The position numbers were made by a program, and so were the translations under genes. From the NCBI GenBank assembly GCA_001661245.1, contig KV454012.1, forward strand, positions 124,001 through 188,000: 64,000 nt of DNA. Reading direction: 5' to 3'. Source of the DNA: Pachysolen tannophilus NRRL Y-2460 (taxonomy: Eukaryota). Shown one piece after another: positions 58,417 through 64,000 of this stretch (positions are counted from its first letter, which is position 1; every line of letters starts with the position of its first letter). The notes beneath the pieces were generated by a model. It had not been told where the DNA came from and did no database searches. It saw nothing but the letters and a program-made list of their open reading frames with translations.

Positions 58417-60268
58417 TCATTCATTGGTTCTTTTCATGGTAGCATGTAACTTATATTCTCTGATAAAGCAACCACTCAAGTAACCCACCGTGATGGTGAT
58501 AAAACTCCACCAAAAAGTGGCAATGCAAGCATTAGAATAACTGTCCCGAATTAAAGCCTTTGACCATTCTGGTGCTTTATCAACATATTCTGAGCTACGA
58601 AAAGCTTTTGAGATAATTTTCAAAACCGTGGATTTATCAACGTCTATGGGTACATTTTCCATAAGGTTATGAGTCAAATTAGAATACAATTTTTTTTGGA
58701 AAATAGCCGATCCAATTGAGACTCCCAAAGTTGAACCAGTAGCTCTGAACGCATATTGAATTGAAGTTGTCGAAGCCTGTTGCTCTGGAGTAACTGCAGA
58801 TATCAAGGCCAATAGACTAATTGTCAACATTGATGAATAACCAATTCCTGGTATAACCGTCAAAGAATATTGTCCAATAACACTTATGGAGGGATTTATA
58901 AAACATAACCGCAAGACTCCACAAACAGATACTAAACCAATACAAATATTTAAATTTTTGTAACGACCAGTTTTACGCATATATATTCCAGAGCCTAAGG
59001 AACCAATAGCAATACTGAAAAAATTTGGAACAAATCTTAACCCAGTTTGAGTTGAATTTAATCCCAAGACAGAGCTAAACCATACTGGAATGTAGTAAAA
59101 ATAAGAGAATGTACCCATTGTGAAAAACCAGTTTGCCAACGAACAAGCCAAGACACTTCTATTTGCGAGTAATCTGACAGGAAGAGTTGGCTGTTCAGCA
59201 ATGTTAGCCTCTACATAACAAAATGCAACTAGTGCTGCTACTGAAGTTGCAACAAGCACTTTGAAAAACAAACTATCATATGCAATATCGGAACCCCCAA
59301 ACGAGGCTGCAGATAAGATTCCTATTAATGCAATCACCAACAAGGATGAACCTAAGAAATCAACTTTCTTAAGCTTTTCCCAAATGTCATGTCCTTGGAG
59401 ACCTCTTCCTGGAGAATCTTTTGGTAATTCCATAAAGAAGTAAATTAACAGCAGCCCAATTAGAGCTAGAGGAACTTGGAAAATGAAAACCCACTTCCAT
59501 CCGTATCTATCAGCTATCAAACCACCTAGAACACCTCCAGAAGCACTACCAAGTCCAAAAAACAAATTCCCAATTCCTTGGTAAAGACCTCTAAATTTTT
59601 GATGATTTGTTAATAAAAGAACAGATATATATATATTAGAAAAAAAAAAACAATTTCAATTTTTTGTAGACTTACCTTTTACGAAGAGACACTAAATCAC
59701 TCATAGCAACTGTTCCAAGAGATGTCATTCCACCACCACCAATACCCGTTATAAATCTACCAACTATCAATGGGAACAAAGATCCCGATATTCCACAAAG
59801 AATACAACCCAATGCAAAGCAAAAATTACATAATAAAATCAATTCTTTTCTTCCAAATATATCTGATAATTTACCAAATAATGGCTGGAAAGCACTACAT
59901 GACAAGAGATAACTTGTAGCAATCCATGAGGACTGTGGTAAGCAATTCAAATCAGAAGAAATCACCGTTAAAAGTGTAGTAACAACTGTGGTATCCAACG
60001 CAGAAAGATAAGAACCCATAAAAATTGAACCTGCAATAATATATAATTTTTTCTTTGGAACGGCATAACCTTCATCATCGTCTTCACCATCCAGCTGCTC
60101 AGAAGCAACGCTACCATATACCTCGCCTCCAGCACCATCCTGCTGGTCCTCATCTCTTAAAAACTCATTTGCCAAATTATTAGCTATTATACCGGCCTCA
60201 GCACTCGATGAATCATTAACCACATTAACCTTGGAGTCCAATAATGAACTTGCCTCAGAAACTTCCAT
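58417..60268 (-). CDS. DHA2/VBA-type 14-TM MFS transporter; exons 60268-59676 and 59590-58417
   Basis: SALDTTVV, GKLSDIFGRK. Donor GTAAGT 59675, TATTAAC 59615-59609, TAG 59591; splice restores SDLVSLRKRGLYQGIGN. Confidence 0.9.
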
Positions 60269-60741
60269 AGTGATTTATGTTTCACAACTATCTTTTTGTT
60301 TTTTTTTTTCCAAGAAAAAAAATTTCAAAAACCAACTATTAAAACTTCTCACCAACACATCTATCAAATCAGCTCCCAAGCTTCACCGAGCGATAAACAC
60401 AAGTCTCAATATAAAAATAATTCACTCTTTAGTCTTCATATCATATCTATTAATCTTCCGGCCTTTAAATTCCGAGAAACACTTTTATTTTTCGCGGAGA
60501 AGATTGTACGGAAACGGAGAAAAGTTTAGTTTCCATAAAGGAGGAACTTATGTAAAAATCTTCTCCGTTTGGTTTCCGTTTTTTTCTTCTGTTTCGTATT
60601 TGCTGTAAAAGAAAAAGCCTGTTATCTCGGAATTGTTTAATAATTATAGATAACTAACTAATTAAAGTAAGAAAGATTGGAGAATTGTTTTAAAGTTGGT
60701 GGTTGAGTGTGGTTTTTTTTCTATTTATGGAATAATTGAGG

Positions 60742-62787
60742 ATGGTGCTGGATACTAGGGAGTCTCCGATGTTTATAGTGAGGTTTGTTCGTAAAGTGGC
60801 TGATTCGATAAGAGAGCAGGCGAAAGAACCAGATTCACCAAGTCAAAGATCTGGGTCTATGTTAAGTTATTGTATTTCTCCATTTGCTGCGATATGTATG
60901 AGTACAGCTATTATATTAAATCGGATTATGGTTTTTGCTTCAACAAGATCCCAAAAGAAATTACCCTTGTTGAGTAAGATAGTTTTGAGAAGTATTGCTC
61001 TTTATTTGTTATTCAGAGGAAGTTATGGAGTACTAGTTGCTTTTAAACTGTATGCACCAGAGAATGATATCATTAATAAACTTATAGTACCATCATCATA
61101 TTTTAAGTATAATTATGAAGAATTTAAAGAGTTATCATTTTTAGGGGTTTCTTATTCACCAACGAATTCATTTTTGGATTTAACAAATCCTTCAAAAGAA
61201 GTACTTGAAAAAGGTCCTTCACCTTCAGTTTTAAAACCTCTTTATTTATCCCTATGTTTGGGTCAAATTATTGAAACTTTTATAGCGGTAACAAATGGGA
61301 ATGATCCCACAGTGGAAAATGGGTTGACTTTGTTTGAATATTCTTTGGCTTTCCAAGAAGTTCAAAGTGCAGATGTTACATCTTATGAATTATTAATAAT
61401 ATCATTGGTTGCACTTTCAAATCAGGTAATTATTCATTTATTAAATTTGTTGAATCTTCAACGTTATAGATTAATTCCATCAACTTTTATTGGATCATTT
61501 GCTTTAACTTTTTATTTCTTAAGCATCATCAATGGACGTATCTTGTATTTCCCATTCATCGTTATAATGGGGTATTTACCACAGTTGTTCACAGTGGTAG
61601 TCATTGCTTTATGTTTATTAATATTTGTATTAGCAGCAATCTTTAAAGGTTCACTTAGAGATTTAACTTTTTTCAAATTAACACATAACCTTTCAAGTTT
61701 AAATATTTTGATGGATGATGATTTTTATACTGCTTTACTGAATTTAGGTACATTTGTTATTACTGCCGCTGGAAGAGCAAGATATACTAAAGAGCTTTCT
61801 GATGTAACATTGACTGAATCTACTTGGTTAGAAAATAATTTATCGTCAGCTACAATTTTGAAAAAATTAACAGGATATTCAAATAAATTAGAATTACCTC
61901 CAGAGTTACTGAATGTAAAATCAAAAACTTCAAAAAGAAAAGGCTCCATCATGATTAAAAAAATGAGAAAAGCAGTAACTCTTTGGAATAATTTTATGGA
62001 AGTTATAATTTCCATTTGTAAAAATAGCGAACCAAAGTTTGTTAGAGATGAAAAAGATGACCATAACGATGATAATCAGGAATATAATCACCGGTCCTTG
62101 GTAAATAAAAATGGTAATAATGAAGGATTTGATTTCATAGAAGAAGATAATTCTCCAAATTATATCATACAAGATAATAATGATTCAGATTCAGATCTCT
62201 TGGAATATGATAGTGGTTATGAAAGTGACTATAATAATATTGAACAACAATTGCCAGTCATGACACCTGGTGAAAGTAACCCTCCAAGTATAAATATTCA
62301 CTCTCTGGCATCTCGTCAAAGACATTTAGATGTCATTGGCAAACGGGAGACCACAAACCAACATACGAATCCTTTGGTGGAACTCATCAATTCTCCTGAT
62401 GATTTATTGTCTTTATTTTCTTCCAATAATGATGATAGCCAATTACTTTCTGGGGAGAATTTTAGAATTTTGAAAGCGCACTTAACCAAAAATGAGTTCA
62501 AACCTTTAACAAGATCCATGTTCAACAATAATGATTTTGAACAAACTAACAAGCTAATCGACTTGATTGGTCAGCATAGAAAAGTGAATTCAGAAACATC
62601 TAGTGATGATGAACTGTTTTGTAAATGTGTTATTTGTCAGGTTAATCCAAGGCAGATAATACTTTGGCCTTGCAAATGTTTTGCAATCTGCGAGAGTTGC
62701 AGAATGTCTTTGGTAGTTAGGGATTTTAATGACTGTGTTTGTTGTAGGGGTAAAGTAGAAGGTTACAGTAAAATTTACATTCCATAA
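60742..62787 (+). CDS. ASI3: Inner-nuclear-membrane RING E3 ligase, Asi1/Asi3-like
   Basis: AIILNRIMVFAS, LTLFEYSLAFQE, several TMs, C-terminal CVICQVNPRQIILWPCKCFAICESCR..CVCCR..VEGYSK. Confidence 0.85.
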   Translation: MVLDTRESPMFIVRFVRKVADSIREQAKEPDSPSQRSGSMLSYCISPFAAICMSTAIILNRIMVFASTRSQKKLPLLSKIVLRSIALYLLFRGSYGVLVAFKLYAPENDIINKLIVPSSYFKYNYEEFKELSFLGVSYSPTNSFLDLTNPSKEVLEKGPSPSVLKPLYLSLCLGQIIETFIAVTNGNDPTVENGLTLFEYSLAFQEVQSADVTSYELLIISLVALSNQVIIHLLNLLNLQRYRLIPSTFIGSFALTFYFLSIINGRILYFPFIVIMGYLPQLFTVVVIALCLLIFVLAAIFKGSLRDLTFFKLTHNLSSLNILMDDDFYTALLNLGTFVITAAGRARYTKELSDVTLTESTWLENNLSSATILKKLTGYSNKLELPPELLNVKSKTSKRKGSIMIKKMRKAVTLWNNFMEVIISICKNSEPKFVRDEKDDHNDDNQEYNHRSLVNKNGNNEGFDFIEEDNSPNYIIQDNNDSDSDLLEYDSGYESDYNNIEQQLPVMTPGESNPPSINIHSLASRQRHLDVIGKRETTNQHTNPLVELINSPDDLLSLFSSNNDDSQLLSGENFRILKAHLTKNEFKPLTRSMFNNNDFEQTNKLIDLIGQHRKVNSETSSDDELFCKCVICQVNPRQIILWPCKCFAICESCRMSLVVRDFNDCVCCRGKVEGYSKIYIP

Positions 62788-63099
62788 ACTTTTCGAATGT
62801 ATTGATGTGGTATTGCATAAGTAAAGCTTATTTTTTGGGTTGAAATTTTTTTTTTTTTTTTCGTTTGAAAGGTATTTATGAGGTATAGTTCAGATGAAGT
62901 ATTTTGATATATATATGTTTTATTGTTATTAACGAATAACATGGGTTATCTGCATGATTTATACTTAACCTTAGCCGATCACCAACCTCTAAAGACTCTA
63001 TTTAGAACCCTATTTAATTACGCATATTTATTAAAAATAAACGTTGCATATATAAAAGCCATAAAAACCAAATTGTTTTTTTTTTTTTTTTTTTTTTAA

Positions 63100-64000
63100 T
63101 CATTTCCGAGATAATCCTGAATGTAATTGATGTTCCTCGATATTAGTGCAGCATATATATCCCAAGATGATCACAACTAAACCAAACCAAAAACTAGCAT
63201 GGCAACCAGCACCATAACTGTCTCTAATCAGTTGCACAGACCATTCAGGAGCGATTTTCATATACTCAGCACTTTCCATAGCCTTCAGAACAATTTTAGC
63301 AATATCAACATCTGGAGATGGAACAACTTTTGATATATTAGAGAACAAAGCATTTTCTAAACGGTGCTGGAAAATTGCTGAGCTTATAGATAGTCCTAAT
63401 GTAGATCCTACTGCTCTAAATGCATATTGAATCGAAGTTGTTGAAGCCTGGTAATGTACTGGAACTGATGCTATTAAAGCTGAAAGACTTACCGTTAAAA
63501 CTGTTGCATATCCAAAAGTTGGTAAAGAAAGGAGAAAAAATTGGTAGAAAGTATCAATTTTTGGTGTAATAAAGCAAATAAGAAAAATTCCAATAACTGA
63601 AACAAATCCAGTTATTTTTGTAAAATTTAAATATTTTCCTGTTTTTTTCATATACATACCTGAAAGTACTGAAGCCAGAGATGCAACAAAAAAATTTGGA
63701 ATCATTCTTAAACCACTTTGTGTAGCATCAAGGCTTAATACCGTTGTAAAATATACTGGGACATAATATAATACACCAAAGATTGCCATAGTATAAAACC
63801 AATTTGAAAGAGCGCAAAATAAGACAGATTTATCTGCTAAGAGATGCACAGGGATTGTTGGTTCTTTTGAAATGTATAATTCAACATAACCAAATGATAA
63901 TAAGGTAGCACCGGAAAAAACACATAATGTTATGAATATAGAGCCATTATAAGGAATATCCTTACCTCCAAAAGCAGCTGCTGATATAATACCTGTTAAT
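63100..64000 (-). CDS. Second VBA-type MFS transporter (5' end outside the window)
   Basis: Paralogous to 58417-60268 (QASTTSIQYAFRA, APEWS..LIRDSY); frame open to the window edge. Confidence 0.88.
   Translation of the reverse strand, partial: LTGIISAAAFGGKDIPYNGSIFITLCVFSGATLLSFGYVELYISKEPTIPVHLLADKSVLFCALSNWFYTMAIFGVLYYVPVYFTTVLSLDATQSGLRMIPNFFVASLASVLSGMYMKKTGKYLNFTKITGFVSVIGIFLICFITPKIDTFYQFFLLSLPTFGYATVLTVSLSALIASVPVHYQASTTSIQYAFRAVGSTLGLSISSAIFQHRLENALFSNISKVVPSPDVDIAKIVLKAMESAEYMKIAPEWSVQLIRDSYGAGCHASFWFGLVVIILGYICCTNIEEHQLHSGLSRK

Noticed and set aside
1..64000. Prokaryote-type systems (CRISPR, IS elements, operons) or intact transposons
   Set aside because: The sequence is eukaryotic with spliceosomal introns; no repeat-spacer arrays, transposase catalytic domains or gag/pol ORFs were seen.

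Overview
AT-rich budding-yeast (Saccharomycotina) chromosomal segment, gene-dense, with one 430-N assembly gap (32384-32813). About 30 protein genes and one tRNA-His(GUG) are supported: GRX3/4 (partial), TPO4, YAT1, two tandem GRE2-like reductases, PCL1, CTO1, NOP56-PBA1-YKE2-COQ9, RGA1/2, NUP84, KEI1, a GATA factor split by a frameshift, complex I subunits NDUFS6 and NDUFA12, an MCH-type MFS, PEP5, ATG44, a BED-finger protein, a YGR067C-like C2H2 factor, DYS1, a P450 divergent from a PDR ABC transporter, MRX10, ASI1/3 and two VBA-like MFS. Five spliceosomal introns missed by the ORF track were reconstructed by hand. CTG codons sit where small residues are expected, which suggests a CUG-reassigned code (probably CUG=Ala, as in Pachysolen/Nakazawaea), so the supplied translations likely misread CTG. 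The most notable observations are a recurrent promoter motif RCACTACC, a hAT-transposase-derived BED protein, a GC island with a canonical G-quadruplex motif beside the gap, a -1 frameshift at A-runs in the GATA gene, and a P450/ABC divergent pair. Gene names rest on recalled homolog motifs; no searches were run.
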